A stretch of DNA of 64,000 bases, from assembly GCA_965644295.1 (NCBI GenBank), contig CBFFRP010000314.1:62001-126000 (forward strand), written 5' to 3'. The position numbers and the translations under genes were made by a program. Origin of the DNA: Paraphysomonas bandaiensis. Its lineage: Eukaryota > Protista > Chrysophyceae. The notes below the pieces were generated by a model, which was given only the letters and a program-made list of their open reading frames with translations, made no database searches and was not told the origin of the DNA. Positions 10,101 to 25,031 of the stretch are shown here, in pieces (positions within the stretch are counted from its first letter, which is position 1; the number at the start of each line of letters is the position of its first letter).

Positions 10101-13100
10101 TATTCCATGCCCTCTATGGAATCATCTCAAGAAGTAGAGAGCTTAAAGAGCCAATTAGCGGATCTACAGCGACAGAAAAAGTCCATTACTCTGGAATTCT
10201 CACAACAGAAGGATGAGATCGAGTATTCCTGGAAGCAAAAGTTTGAGGAGCTGAAAAAGTCTCATCAAGAAGCTCTGGAGTGTGGAAAGAACGATACCAG
10301 TACTCTCCAGATGAAGTATAGAAGACTGGAGCAGCAGTTCAACGAAAAGCTTTTGGACGCAGAGGATTTGGAGAAGCGGCTGCAGACATCAAAAAAGCGC
10401 ATGTTCGAGACACAAGAACAATTAGATGCGGTCGAAACGGAGCTGGCAGCTAGCAAGTCACGGGCAAAGCAGGAATCCTTCGAGAAATCTGAGCTTGAGA
10501 GTCGTGTTGGAGAGCTGACGAGGGAACTGCAGGAAATGCGGCACAAACTCCGCAATCAGTCTTCTGAAGTGGAGACACTTGAGAGTGAGAAATTGGAACT
10601 ACGCAAGGAGCAACGTGAGCTGCGCGAAAAATGCGACGGATTGTCTGCTTCTCTTCAGCAGAAGGCATCCGAGGTGACTAGACTAGAGGCAGAGAGTTCC
10701 TCTCTGAGAGGATCACTAAAGGATCAGATTGCCGACCATCAGGCAGCTCTGGAGCGACTCAAGAAGGAGAATCGACGTTCCCCTGATGCCGACTCGTTAT
10801 ATAATGACCCTAGTCAGTTGAAGGAACTAATGGCGCGTAATAAAGAACTTGAATCTTTGCTCAGCACTGAAAAACGCATGACACATGACCTCAAGGTGGA
10901 ACTGGAAACTACAGAGAAGAAATTAAAAACAACGGAGGTGACAGTTGAGGCAATGGAACAGAAAAATAGTTCGCTCAAAGCTTCCATCGATGATTTGGAA
11001 AACCAATTAGACGAGCTGCGGCGTCAAAATCAGTGCTCTGTACCGGCAGGGGATATGTCTGACTTGGAGTTTAAACTAAAGCGCATGGAAACGGCTCACC
11101 AGGAGGTTCAACTGGAGCTCAAAGAGGAAATTTCACGAGGATCTGCGAAGGACAGGAAAATTGCCAACTTACAAGCTGAAATTGTTTCGCTTAATGAGAG
11201 AGCTGCTGAGATAGAAGTCACATCTGTAACCGCAAGCTCATCTCAGTCCGACGCACAAAGTGCCACCATCATAAACGTAAAACATTAGCACACTGTAGTT
11301 ATCCTCTTACATTTTTTTGTTTCTAGCTCAAGGAAAAAATACGCTCTCTACAAGCTGACCTTGATGAGACTGAAGCGTTAAAAGCTGAAGCAATGCAGAA
11401 TATGAAAGAGGTAAGACTGTCATGTAATTGTATACTTGTAGTGTGTGTAATGAGGGAATTTGAATGATTTGGTTGTAGTTACAGCGTAGGTTCAATTCGA
11501 TGAACAATGATTTTGAAGAGATGAGTTTCAGAAATACAATGCTAACACAAGACCTGGAAAGTAGCAACCAACGTGTCCGGTCACTGGAAACCGAAACTTC
11601 TAAAGCACACTCGGAGAAGAGTTCATTGCTCGCGAAGCTGTCAACCTTAACTAATGAAAATGCCGAGTTAAAGACTGCTTTGACTGTGGGTGAGTCGGAG
11701 AGGGATGGAATTCAGCGGATGGTAGATGGACTACAGAAAGACCTGACTAGATATCGCGATGAAATCAGACAACTACATTCAGCCAAATCTGCCGCTGAGC
11801 AACGACTCAACGATCGGGAAATTGAACTGGTAGGCGTCCAACAGTCGTTTCTCAATCTTTACTGACGTGACATTGTGAATATAGGAGACAGAAAAGCTCA
11901 AAATGATATCGCTCTCGCATAACAAATCTCCAGTTGTGGTTCATCCATTAGGTGGAGATGCGGTTGGATCAGAGGAAGCCAATGCACAGTACAGCCGTCA
12001 GTTGGCAGAGATGAACATTGAGCTCAGCCGCTACCGACAGCAGTTGAGAGAGTCCGAATTGAACCGTGATGATGCTAAGGTGAGCAGATCTGGTGTGTAT
12101 CAAGTGTTTGTACGGACTCGTCCGTAGTGGTTGTATTTCGTTTCGCATAGTGTATCACAGCTGGTACAATAGATTTTGTAATGTATATTTCAGGCGAAAT
12201 GTGTGGAGTTAAAACAGGAAATTCAACGCAAAGATGCTGAGATAGACCGATTGAACAATGAGCTACGACGAGCACGCAACCAACTGGCTTCAGGAGAAGT
12301 TTTAAAGAATGAGCCGAAGGATAGCAAGCTAAATAATGTCATTGCTGGTCATGGAGTAAGTGCCTTTAGTGTATAGCATAAGTGTTAACTAAACGCCTCT
12401 TGTGTACTTCAAAGGAGCAAATTACTGCACTACAGAGCCATCAGATGCAAGTACAGCAGACCATAGATCAACAAAATACACTGGTGCAGAAGTTGGAAGA
12501 GAAACTCCGCGATACAGAGAGTGTTATCAAGCAGCATCTAGACGATCGTTTAGGTGGCGGGGATATAGGCCGTGCACATCGGATGTTGTCTCCTCCGTCG
12601 TCTCCACAATCGGACGGGCTCGCTAGACGTGGGGTAAGATACTCTGATGGAGGACCAAAGATGAAGCACCGGTACAAACCCGCACCGAAGACGAGCAAAA
12701 GTCGCTTGCATATGAATGATTTTGATGTGTATGGGGAGCAGCAGCAGCGTATGCTAGACATGACATACGACTCTATCGAGATGTCTGAAGAGGAAGAAGA
12801 CATTGTGAGCAAAAAATACACCCGAAATAATCCGCAGACCAACGCTGCATCAGTTCTAAGAGATGTACTTTTAGACCTGATTGACAGGGAATCCAAACGG
12901 AATAATCAAGTGCAGAAGCGAAAGGTATTTCCTTCATCATTCGTGTGTTATCTCATGATATATGTGTTCAGACAAGTAGTAGTCGAAGGACAGGACATTA
13001 TGCAGAAGACAAAGAGAGCGAGCGTTGGAGACGAAAGATCGAAACTGAGAAAAAGATCATTCAGGTAAACACTATTGTTGAGATCAGTACATGTATGTCA

Positions 13101-14652
13101 TGCATGTTGTCAGGATGTTCGTCTAGCTCTCAAGAAGGAGAACGCTTATGTCCGTGAAGTATCATCTACACTTAATTCGCAACGGGAGGGTTGGCGGCGC
13201 CGAAAAGATGCGTTAAAGCGCTCAGGAAATGGAAATAGTAAAATCCTCAAGGATATGAAGGTAATTGCGTATTGTACCCACATACATTTCTAAATGTATT
13301 GGCGTTTCCAAAGGCCGAAGGAGCTAGGCTGAATATGCAGGCGGAACAGCTGAACAGCTTAGTGAAGCAAATCCGTCAGACACAGACTTGGGTGTCTGAG
13401 CGGGAGCGTAAGTTGGCGAGGCTTGAGTCTATGATACTGAACTCTGAGCGCCTGAAAGGTAGGCTGCTATTGCACTAGTTTAATGTATATATGATGGATT
13501 TGGTGCCGTAGACTTTTCGGAGGACTCTCACGTTTCATCTTCGGAGCATGACACCCTAGCACTCCACGCAGAACGGATGCGGAAGTTAGAGGATGAGCTT
13601 GAGAATGACCTCACAACATTGGGTACGACAGTTATATACACCCCAGTGTTGGCTCTGTATCATATTATGCGACCATAGCTTTGTTGATTCTGTAGTGTAT
13701 TGTGATTTTAATTGTTTCAGGTGCTGACATGAGCCCAGCTCACGGTCAGATCAATTCTTATTATAGCGACACGGACGGTGCTCGCAGCTCCGAAAGCAAT
13801 CACACGTCGTCTGCCGGGCACAGCAAAGCCCCCCACAGACATGGGACTCTACGCTCCAGGGATGATGCAGACAGAGTAGGAGACGGAGGTGTTAGAAGAA
13901 GCTCGAATGACGCTCTTCCGTGGAGAGGTCATAGTGCTCATATAGGAAGGGATGATTATCTCAATAGGTAGCTTCAATAATGGATATCTTGAGTCTCTGT
14001 GTGACGTTATTATTGTACGTAGGAGTAAAGATGATATGGTTCTGCCTAGTCGTTCTAAACGTCCCCTGAACCGTGATGAGAGGGAGAACATGGATTCTAA
14101 CGCAGTGAACTGGGACACTAGAATCAATTCACTGGCTTCCGAATTTCTGGGGTACCAGCGCCAGTCGGAGACCTCTGTTCGGCCCAATCCATCAGTGGAA
14201 TATGTTAGAAAGAATTCTGGTCGTCCGGTTGGAGTTCATTCTTCAGACTATGCACATCGCATTGAGGCCAGTGGCGCCGCCGTAGGGATTGCTACTGGAA
14301 ATGCTAATCGTACAGGTGACCTAGTCACTGGTAGAGGAGCTGGAAGGGATCAGATCAAGCACCTTACTGAGATGAGGGTCAAGTCATCGGAAGCATGTGA
14401 CGACCACGTCAGGTGTGTACCTTTGTATGTGTGTTATATATCTTGCAACTAACAAGATACGTTTGATGTTGAAGTTGGCTTGACAATTTACGCCGTGAAA
14501 TTGGCCAGTTCGCTCATACACAGGATCACGAGACATCTGCTGCTCCAGGCCCAATATATGATTCATCGTCGGCAAGACTTGTAGACAGCAAAGACGGTGT
14601 AACTGCTACTGGGTCTTACATAAATAGTGGAACCAATGTGTATCGCGTGTGA
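7116..14652 (+). CDS. CEP164: Centrosomal protein CEP164-like (N-terminal WW domain plus long coiled coil), multi-exon
   Basis: Spliced N-terminus reads ILEEEIDPNYVPGEDEVLEYAKWLGMD...[21 protein letters not shown]...YYFNFETGESTWDHPCD, the CEP164 signature. Coiled-coil exons span 8500-13400. The last exon ends at TGA 14650-14652. Internal exon borders are approximate. Confidence 0.85.
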
Positions 14653-15237
14653 TTTCATTGAATCAATGTAGTTAGTGTGATATTTACTCTGTGACGTAAT
14701 TTGGATTGGTGGTTTATTTCTGTAGAATGTGTTGATGTCGTAGTGCTAATGTCTATGGTGTGCGATGTGTAGAATACATATGTTTATGTTCCCGTAAGAT
14801 ACATCGCACGAAAATACGTTCGAGTATAGTGTATTCGCAATCTATGATAAGAATCTCGGAACTGAATATCACGTCTACGCATGACATTTTAGATTAAACT
14901 AGATTTGTGGTTACATCCGAATCATGATTTCTATCTAGTTATATAGACTAACCGTTCTCCAGCGTATGAGCATAAAAGAGACATTAAAATATCTTCATCA
15001 AAATAATATGCCTTGTTTGGCGTGACATCCGGCCGTTGCGAGTTTGTAGGGACGCCGCTGTCAGTCCCGTAGTGAGGGGCCCGATCAAGGTGTTGTCCGA
15101 AAAGATTGTCTCTACGCGAGGTGTATGTGTCTAGTGTGAGCTGGTCTCGGAGGGACATATAGTAATCTGTAATATATATAAGGTTTAAGAACTATTCTTA
15201 AACTTCTCAAGAATAGAAAATAGAATAGTGAATATCT

Positions 15238-15400
15238 TATTATTAGCAATAAGCGTTTAAGAGTCAGAACACTAAATTATTATCATTGCAACAATCAATA
15301 ATCAATAATGTATCTAACTAGTGCTTAACTCTGATGTCTTATTGAACACTACGAAAGCTGCTTGAGCGTCACCGCAATCACCAAGGTGCAACCAACTTGC
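15238..15400 (+). repeat. Dispersed repeat family X, partial copy
   Basis: Shares aactctgat...gaaagctgcttg(a/t)gcgtcaccgcaa(t/g)caccaaggtgcaacca with copies near 31937, 32612 and 52174. Confidence 0.8.
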
Positions 15401-16002
15401 CCAACTCAATGCTATATACTATATAGTATATATACTATATATACAGTATATAACATCTAATATTAGTAGCGAAAATGTCAAAGCAAACGAAGGGTATGCG
15501 TTGTAAATTACGATTAGATACATATCATACTATATAGAAAACAGAACAGAGCTAAGAACAGAGGATTTTTTTGACATATGTATTAGTGATTCTAACAAAC
15601 CCACAGTAATATTATTGTTTCTGATTCTCTGAATTCGAAACTACATGCTTTGGGACGCTCGGGGCAATATAGGCTTCATTAAATATCGCGATGCTTACTT
15701 TTTGCAGGTGTATGGAGTATGGAGGTGGTATCTAAGCACTTGTCTATAGAGCTGTATTCTTCATAGCAATCAGGACAGAATTGTGATAGTTATATACTGT
15801 GTATTGGAAACATTATTATTGCTGCTTAACTACATTTTGATCCACATAGTGTTATACAAACTTGATGCGAATTCGCCCAACTGTTTTTATAAATACTGCA
15901 AAGGTGACACACACAAAACAGTACATCGTTACCAGCAATGCAAAACGATACGACTAGAATAGAGTCAGTGCGATTGCGTAATTCATTAGATACGTGTCAT
16001 AT

Positions 16003-17693
16003 TTACAGCAAAGTACCGTAACACCCTTCATCGTGGCAGTCCTCAAAGGGAAAGGTGTTTGGCCATACTGAGACCTCGGTGGTGAAATCCAGCTGCCCCG
16101 GATACGTGCGAGGCCATGTATGCAACGAATCAGCAGCCTTGAAAAAACGCGAGCGAGGACCTACGGAATCCGGACCTCGTTGAGGTACGGAATATCTGTA
16201 CGGTTCTTCGTTATCGCTGTAAGGAAACGTGAAGTCGATAAAGAATGCTGTCCACTGCCCTTCCACTGCATCCACATGCGCCACATATTGCCCTTTAGAA
16301 TTAGGAGCGAGGGGTAGGGAATACCACCGAGACGCCTCCTGGTTCAAGCATTGCCCGTCAAATGCTACTCCGCACTGGCATGGGTCATCAAGGTTCAGCA
16401 AACGGAAGTCTCTCCTAGCAGGAGATTCCAAACCGCATGTTCTTGCATACCACATTGTAACGTTTGGTTGGATGGAGCTTGTTACAGTAGCCGTAATGTC
16501 TCCTGTGTCCTCGGAAATGACCCAGTTCACCTCAGGAATCTCTTTTCCTCGGACCAAATGGCGAATCCAAGTTCCCATAGTAGGAATGGCTTGTCCGATG
16601 CCAAGGATACACATATGGTCAGTATTTGGCATCATCAGGAAATGCTTTGGTCCCGGCATATCAGCCCACCAATAGTGCGTATCGTCCGGTTGTTGGAATT
16701 CATCCTGTCCGCCATTAATCACAAGCTTCGGCATGGTTAGCCTTTCCTTGTAGAAATATGGATCCTCAATTTCCTGTAGGAGTCGCATATTGGGCTCATC
16801 ATACCTGGCAGTAATATTCTGTTCATAGTAGTCCTCTAAAAAGTACGACCAGCCGCCATATGAACGATATTGATGGTGCTCAACATCGACAAAGTTGATG
16901 GCGTCTAGGACTACTGGGACTATGGCAGTGACACGCCCTGTTTGATCAACAGCGCCGACACACCAAGTTGTCCAGCCCCGTTTGGATGCCCCCGACACCA
17001 CGTAGTAATCGAGGTCCGGGATCATAAGTCCACGCTTCTGAGCCACAAAAGCAGAAACAGTGTCCATAGCTCGGAGGGATGCTTTGACCATGGGAAGACG
17101 TACAAGCCATTCTGGCTCATCCGGGTTATCCAAAAAGTGGGCCCAAGTGAAAGCGATAATTGCATCCTCCGATCGACTCTTCTGTTCAGGATCAGAAGAA
17201 AACACCATATGCTGGTTTGGAACATGAAACAGTGATGCAACGATCATACCAGTACCCATAGCAAGCTCTGAGGCAATAAGCATGTTATAATTAGTACGTG
17301 AAATAGGGTCGCTGTCTCCGTTATCGCCATCAGTGATCCACAACGTTGCATTTCTAGAATATGTTTTGTCTATGAGCGAATCACAAGAAGTTAGAGGCCT
17401 ACGCATACAGGACAAGCCATGTCGTTACCGTAGTTAGAAGGTACGATGACAACAAGAGTATGCCACCAGAGAGACCGCGAGGTATCTTCGTCCGTTAACC
17501 ATCGCTGACTGGTCATATTAAGCACATAGCCGACATACCGCACAGACCCATCGACGTTACGCCCGTGAATCTCCTCTCCAGTATCATACCAGCTGTAGTT
17601 AGGGTCCTCCTTCCAGACATAGTCATCCATAGCAGTGGATGACACCCTCCCAATGCCTAAAACCACGAGACATAATATATAAGAAAATATCAT
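16003..17693 (-). CDS. Secreted PqaA (PhoPQ-activated pathogenicity protein) / AprA-like hydrolase-fold protein, 2 exons
   Basis: Signal peptide; motifs LNMTSQRWL, WWH, VPNQ, RSEDAIIAFTW, LPMVKA, GASKRGWTTW. GT-AG intron 17428-17370 restores the frame (PSNYDKTYSRNA). Confidence 0.88.
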
Positions 17694-19437
17694 TCTCCTC
17701 CAGCACGCAGACGACAATATGCGAAGATGGGCGAGTAGCTACAAGCAACCAGCCGCCCGGCCCTCCTCGCTCTCTCCATATACGCAGAGGAAGAGAGGTA
17801 GAGCTAAAGTACTGTATACCATATCCGATATTATGGAATACATAGGTATACGTGTGTGTATAGGAGTGTATATCTCGCTCTGGGTAACTTCGAAGTGAAT
17901 GTGATGTGGATATATGCATATATGAGTACATGATTCAGAGGCTCTGCTGCTGCCTCTACTCACAGACACGAGTGAGGACTATCAACAGTGTGTGGTCATA
18001 GTGGTGTATAGTGGTGTGTGCTCCTCATGAGGAGAGAGACTCGTATGATCATATGAATAATACCGCAGCAGATACACACACATACATACAGAACCCCCTC
18101 ACACATATACATGCATAGACCGCACGGAGCACCCTGAATAGTCATATAACTGAACCAGAAGCGTTCACCACTAATGCGCCCATGAGTATGTTATTTTATA
18201 TGGTGTATCTGCATTAATGGTGCTGTGGAAGCATGTATCCGTTAGATGACTGTGACGCTGTTGTTAGTGGAGCTGGTGGTGATCATCCATATGAGGACTT
18301 TGGAATGAGTCAAAGATGCATCATCTCGTGATGATCTGGTGTGTGCTGTATATTCGACAGAGGTTACATGTATGTATAAGATGAAGGTGCTGTGTACGTT
18401 AGAGATGGATCCAAGTGTATCGCATACCACTTACTGTTGTCGCATATCCACTCATATACAACACTGGACTGATTATGTAATTTACAGATTGCGTTCTACA
18501 ACATCTGTACGACACTGTACGAACATTCAAGATATGATTTACGACTTACCATTATATCCAGCGGATTGGAAGTGTTTTCTAGCAACCATCTGGAAACAGG
18601 CCATTAGCATTGACAATGAAGTACTATTGGTACATCTCTTTACAAACTTAGAATGTAGATTGAATCTTACTGCCTCTATAGTTGGAGCTGAATTGTTTCA
18701 CCTGTAATTTCTTAATTTCATGTAATGTTTGAATTTCTTTGGTAATTAAATTCCTGCAGTTGTGTGTATAACTAATCTTACGTATCTGTACACGCTTTTG
18801 CCTGTTTTCATTATTTAATACAATTGATTTTCTATTTGCTATTACATCAGCTTTGTGTGCATCTCGTCGTAATGGTTAAATGTCTTGTGACTGTAAATTG
18901 GGAAAGACAAAAATTGCTGAACACTATATATTATATATTGCCATATTATTATATCAATGTAAATACATGCATATAAATATATCAATGGCGTGATGATTAT
19001 TCATGATATATTTGTGAAGAAGCTTTTAGTGCGCAGTGTGTAGCAGTTACTATAAACTGTATATGACGCTGAATGCTGTAACATGTATTATGTTGATTGG
19101 TGATTGGTATATAGTGTAACAAGCCTAGCAGTACCTGTATTGGTAGATTGCCTTTTACAGTAGACCAATCAAAACACAATTCCCTAGTCCTTGAACATTC
19201 ACTATAACTTCTAACTAATGTTCCTATGCTCTGGTATGTAATATGTGAAACCAATCCGTACCCCATACTGAAGAGAAATCCAATAACTACATATTAAGTG
19301 AAGAGTGTGTAGTAATTTTCCTATTAGCATAAACCAAGTTCGAAAATATTGAACAAAAAGTATACTCAATATTTGATTACAATGATGAAATATACAGTTA
19401 CTCCTGTGGTTGAACAATAACATACTACTTAAACATT

Positions 19438-20808
<1,371 letters not shown>

Positions 20809-22365
20809 TTATCTGTCTATCTGTTAACAGTTATGATTGTGGTTGCAACTCAACATCATCTATTGACTCCCTGAAAAATGTAACGGCACGATATCGTATC
20901 TTGAAGGGGTGGTATCTTTTAGAGTCTGATCAATTTTCAGTATTGTGAAAGTGGACAATGGTACGAAGATACTCACTATATGGTATGGTGCCTGTACATG
21001 TACTGTACATGCATATGGCCATATATCATTATGAAGTTCATATCATAAGGCCTATGGAAGTTAAGTGCATGAAGCGAGTGTGGGGCTAGGAATTCCTAGT
21101 GTGAGCCACGACAGTGTTCTGCTATTTAGCGTGTATGATTTCACCGATTGAAGTGAAGCAACTGGCTCTGTCATATCTGAATATGATCGTCGCATGCTAC
21201 GTCGCTGAAGCCAAATTTATACATTTGAAATCTTACTGAACGAAAATACTCCGCCAATGCACTATATAATATATAATTCCATCGTCAGGTTAAGGGCATT
21301 GTTGCGGGTATTGCGTAAAATGTGACTAAACATTCGAACTTCTTCTTGCCACTAGTTTTTGAAGTCTGTTCACCGAGCATATCGATTAAATGAGTGCACC
21401 TAAATTGATGTATAATTGTTTATTGATTGAATATGTTGCTACTGAGTAAGTACAGTAGTTGCGAATTGTTAAATATGCATTGTGTTCTAAACGCTTATCG
21501 AAGAGATGTGATTACTAGCTTACATCACATCTGGCAAAATTTGGGGGGAAATAACTAGATTTCAATCAAAGTAACGTTCTCCAATGATTAATATAGTAGT
21601 AGTGAAGCTGTTTGCATGGACCTTAGTTATTTACCTTAGAATATCCTATTTCTCAAGGAGTAGATTAAACGACAGATACTCATACTGCTAGAGTCTATGC
21701 ATTGTATATTGGGATATGAGGCAGTTGTCTCGTATTTTACTTTGTTGTATTACTGTGAATATGATAGGACTATTTGCCAGTCTGGCAGGAGAAAACAGCA
21801 TTCGGAACGCACAATGTAGAAAATATATAGGATTTAGGAAGTTATGGTAAGTCTTGGTTTCCTGTGCGCTGTATTGGAAATTGCTCATTTAAGCTAGATC
21901 ACAGAGAGAATTTGTCGTAAGACTAGATAGATTTATTAATATCGTTTACACGAAGTTGTGATAACCAACACTAATTCATTTTAATCCATACATAATATCC
22001 TACATATGCGAACCTCTCGTTACTGAACATATCATGAAAGATCAAACTATTTCAGTTTCTCCATATCATCACAGCATTTGTACATCACTATATTTCACTG
22101 TATTCTCGTACATTGTCTTCAAGTGACATACTGAATATACTAGAATAAGATCCATATTCTAATACGCTGTGGTATATAATATACTGTTTTATTGGTCGCA
22201 ACGAATTAGGTGTTGTGTAAAGACAATCAGTACGCCGACGATTGAGTTCAAAAAAAATATGTAACATTCATTTACTTAGTAAACTAATAATTCTATCAAC
22301 AGAGCATTAATTCATTCCTTCTGTAGTTTGACAAAAAAGAGAAGCTACTACATAGATATGGCACG

Positions 22366-24557
22366 TCAGATTTTATTCTTCTTACACGATTCGGGATTTC
22401 TTGAGTCCATATCTATTTTTTTATCAGCAGTCTCCTCTAAATCAAGGGCGGATCTCTTACGCCCAGTGTTGTTTCTGTAGGCTGGTTCAGTTATCGAACT
22501 TGACAAAGTGGAGGACACAAATGACGCCAAGCTTTTAGGTTGGCAGAATCCACCTACATCATGACTAGCGTCAGCTGTCAGCTCTGCACATATATGCACC
22601 ACATTTCATATTTAGAACTATTTCTAACACTCATACAACGTACCTTCATCAGCTTCACTGTCATCATCGCAAGAAGGTTTAGGAGGATGAAAGTCTCGAG
22701 TCATCATATCACTTTCCTCGGCTACCTGGTGAGGTGTCTTAACATTTCACCTATAGTAAGACATGAGTGGATACCTTTCGAGCAGCATTCATCACATCAG
22801 CCCAACTAGTGTCGACTTTAGAGTCACTTTTTTCTCCTGTCACCAGTCATTATGCACATTCAGCCCACGCACTCATTGTGCTTGGCATAAATTATTAGTA
22901 CATGAACTAACCTTCATTTACAGATACATCAGCAGTTCTGGACGTTATCTCCGCCCCATCTCCGTGAGCCTTATTTCCTTTAGAGCGACCGTACATTACA
23001 AACTGCTTCATTTCCTCGTGCTCCATGCGGAGAGTACACCACTCATGCATAGGCTCACCCCCTATGCTCTTGTAGAATTCCAGAGGTTTTTCATTCCATG
23101 ACAGACACTGCCATTGATATCTCTTCATACCTACATATATACTAGTTAATCAAAACCACATAAAAATAAGAACAAGATATGCACCACAGCACTGTGGTAC
23201 ACTTCTACGGTATCTCCACACCACACCTCATGACAACTGTAAGCACATACTTCGCAACATGCAACACTCTGTATATTCCACCTGTTCTTTCTGCAACTGC
23301 TGCGACAGCACGCATAAGGATAGTCCCTATACCATTAGCTCTGTAAGCCTCTTGAACATACAGGTCCTCGAGGTACATAAATCTCCCTTCCCAGGTTGAG
23401 TAAACAGAGAAAAACAGAGCCATTCCGATTATTTGACCTGTAGTATTGCTTTCTACTATGTACACATAGAAGTGTGGTCGGAAAGGCGTACCCGCAGGTA
23501 AGCCGACACCCCATCCGTCACGAGTAAAGGTATCTAACGAAAGATTAACACTGTCCGGCGACTTTTCATACACGGCGAGCTCAACAATAAGGTTCATTAT
23601 GGCCCCGGCATCATCTGCCGTGGCAAGGCGCAATTGAAAACCATCAGGAAGGATAATGTTACAAGAGGCCAAGTTTTGTGCTACCGCCTGGACAGTGGCG
23701 GTTAAGTCGTCTACCACGGGTGTCGTAGTTGATGATGACTTTATGCTAGAATGAGACAGACTAGGTGAATCAACACTTTGAATGGGCGCTGTTGAGAACG
23801 CTGGAGATGGCTGGAGAGGAGAGCGACTAGACTTTGACTTTTTTTGCGCCCTCCTAGACTCAATAGCCTTCTGCACAGCATTATCAAGCTCAGATACAGT
23901 TGAACACCCAGGAAATATGTGTCTACAGAAACTACATTAGCACAATATGTTGTATACCACTTGTATACATCAGCAGTCGAATGACATCAAATGAATATTA
24001 GAATTATGTACTCACTGTAATATTAGAAAGCTAGCAATTCGCTTAGCAACCACTTTTGTCTTTCCTTCTCCATCAGATTTATAGGTTTTTCCATCAATTG
24101 TTATCGATAGCGTGCAGTGGAAAATGCCCATGTGGTCTTTCAATATTTCAAATTTAGGTTTGGAAGAGTTGTCATTGAGAACTGCACTGACATACAGATT
24201 TAATAACGACAAAGCATTCACTTGCGTCCCGTCTCCTGCAGATTCATTCTCCTGTGAATTCGTGCGGGTCTGAGGGCGGTCGGACCCCATCTGCTTCAAT
24301 AGCTCTGGATTAAAATCACTGCCGATCCATGCCTTCAGAGTGACAGTGGCGGCTCTCTCGCATGCGGCTATCGATGACTCTCCTTCACCAGTCCCGTATA
24401 TCTTCGATCCAACAACAGTAGTGACAGATATATTAGATGATGCAGTGTTTGACCGGTCAAGAAACAGCGGCTGAGGATATCCTCTATACTCACACAGCTC
24501 CTTAAGAGCCTGCACTGCAGTCTTACCGGTGTAATCAAAAAGATCTCCGCTAGACAT
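22366..24557 (-). CDS. Two dsRNA-binding domains fused to a GNAT diamine/polyamine N-acetyltransferase (SSAT-like), multi-exon
   Basis: Exon 1 has two DSRM-like units. An intron from about 24014 to 23923 joins in frame to the SSAT motifs ELAVYEK, YSTWEG.FMYLEDLYV...RANGIG. Intron 23281-23131 leads to RYQWQCLSWN...FYKSIG. Three small 3' exons end at 22366. Confidence 0.8.
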
Positions 24558-25031
24558 ATATCCTGTGAACAAACTGGAGGGGGGGCAGTGCAGTGGCAGT
24601 TTTGAGATTTGATATGATGGTTATGAGGTGCTATGGACGATTTGATTGCTTGTTGTTCCAGCCCTGCACTCCACGCTGTACGGTGTGGTCTGAAATAGTT
24701 TGTACCTGTATACACTATACAACAGTACATACTCTGTATACCATGATGGTATACCGGTATACAGTACACTCGAATATGATGGTAGATGATGGTAGGAGAT
24801 CAAGACATATCCAGATAGGTTGATGTAGCAGTGTGAGTATACAGCGGTATTCGGTATTGTGTGTACTGATATGCATCATATGCATCATATGCAGCACACA
24901 CACAGAGTACAGCTGTATGCAGTGTGCTGTATGTCTAGTTGCGTATGATGATATGTGCTTCTACTGCTATCTGAGTGATAGTACATCACAACATCGTATC
25001 AGGAAATCTTCATTTGAAGTGCATTATAGGC

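Noticed and set aside
14931-15160. GC-richer island / 75-aa ORF downstream of CEP164
   Set aside because: No recognisable protein, tRNA or snRNA motif. It may be a TE remnant but I cannot support a call.
15413-15450. Short AT-rich palindromes here and near 15183, 21086 and 39723
   Set aside because: These are low-complexity and expected in AT-rich DNA, with no supporting context.
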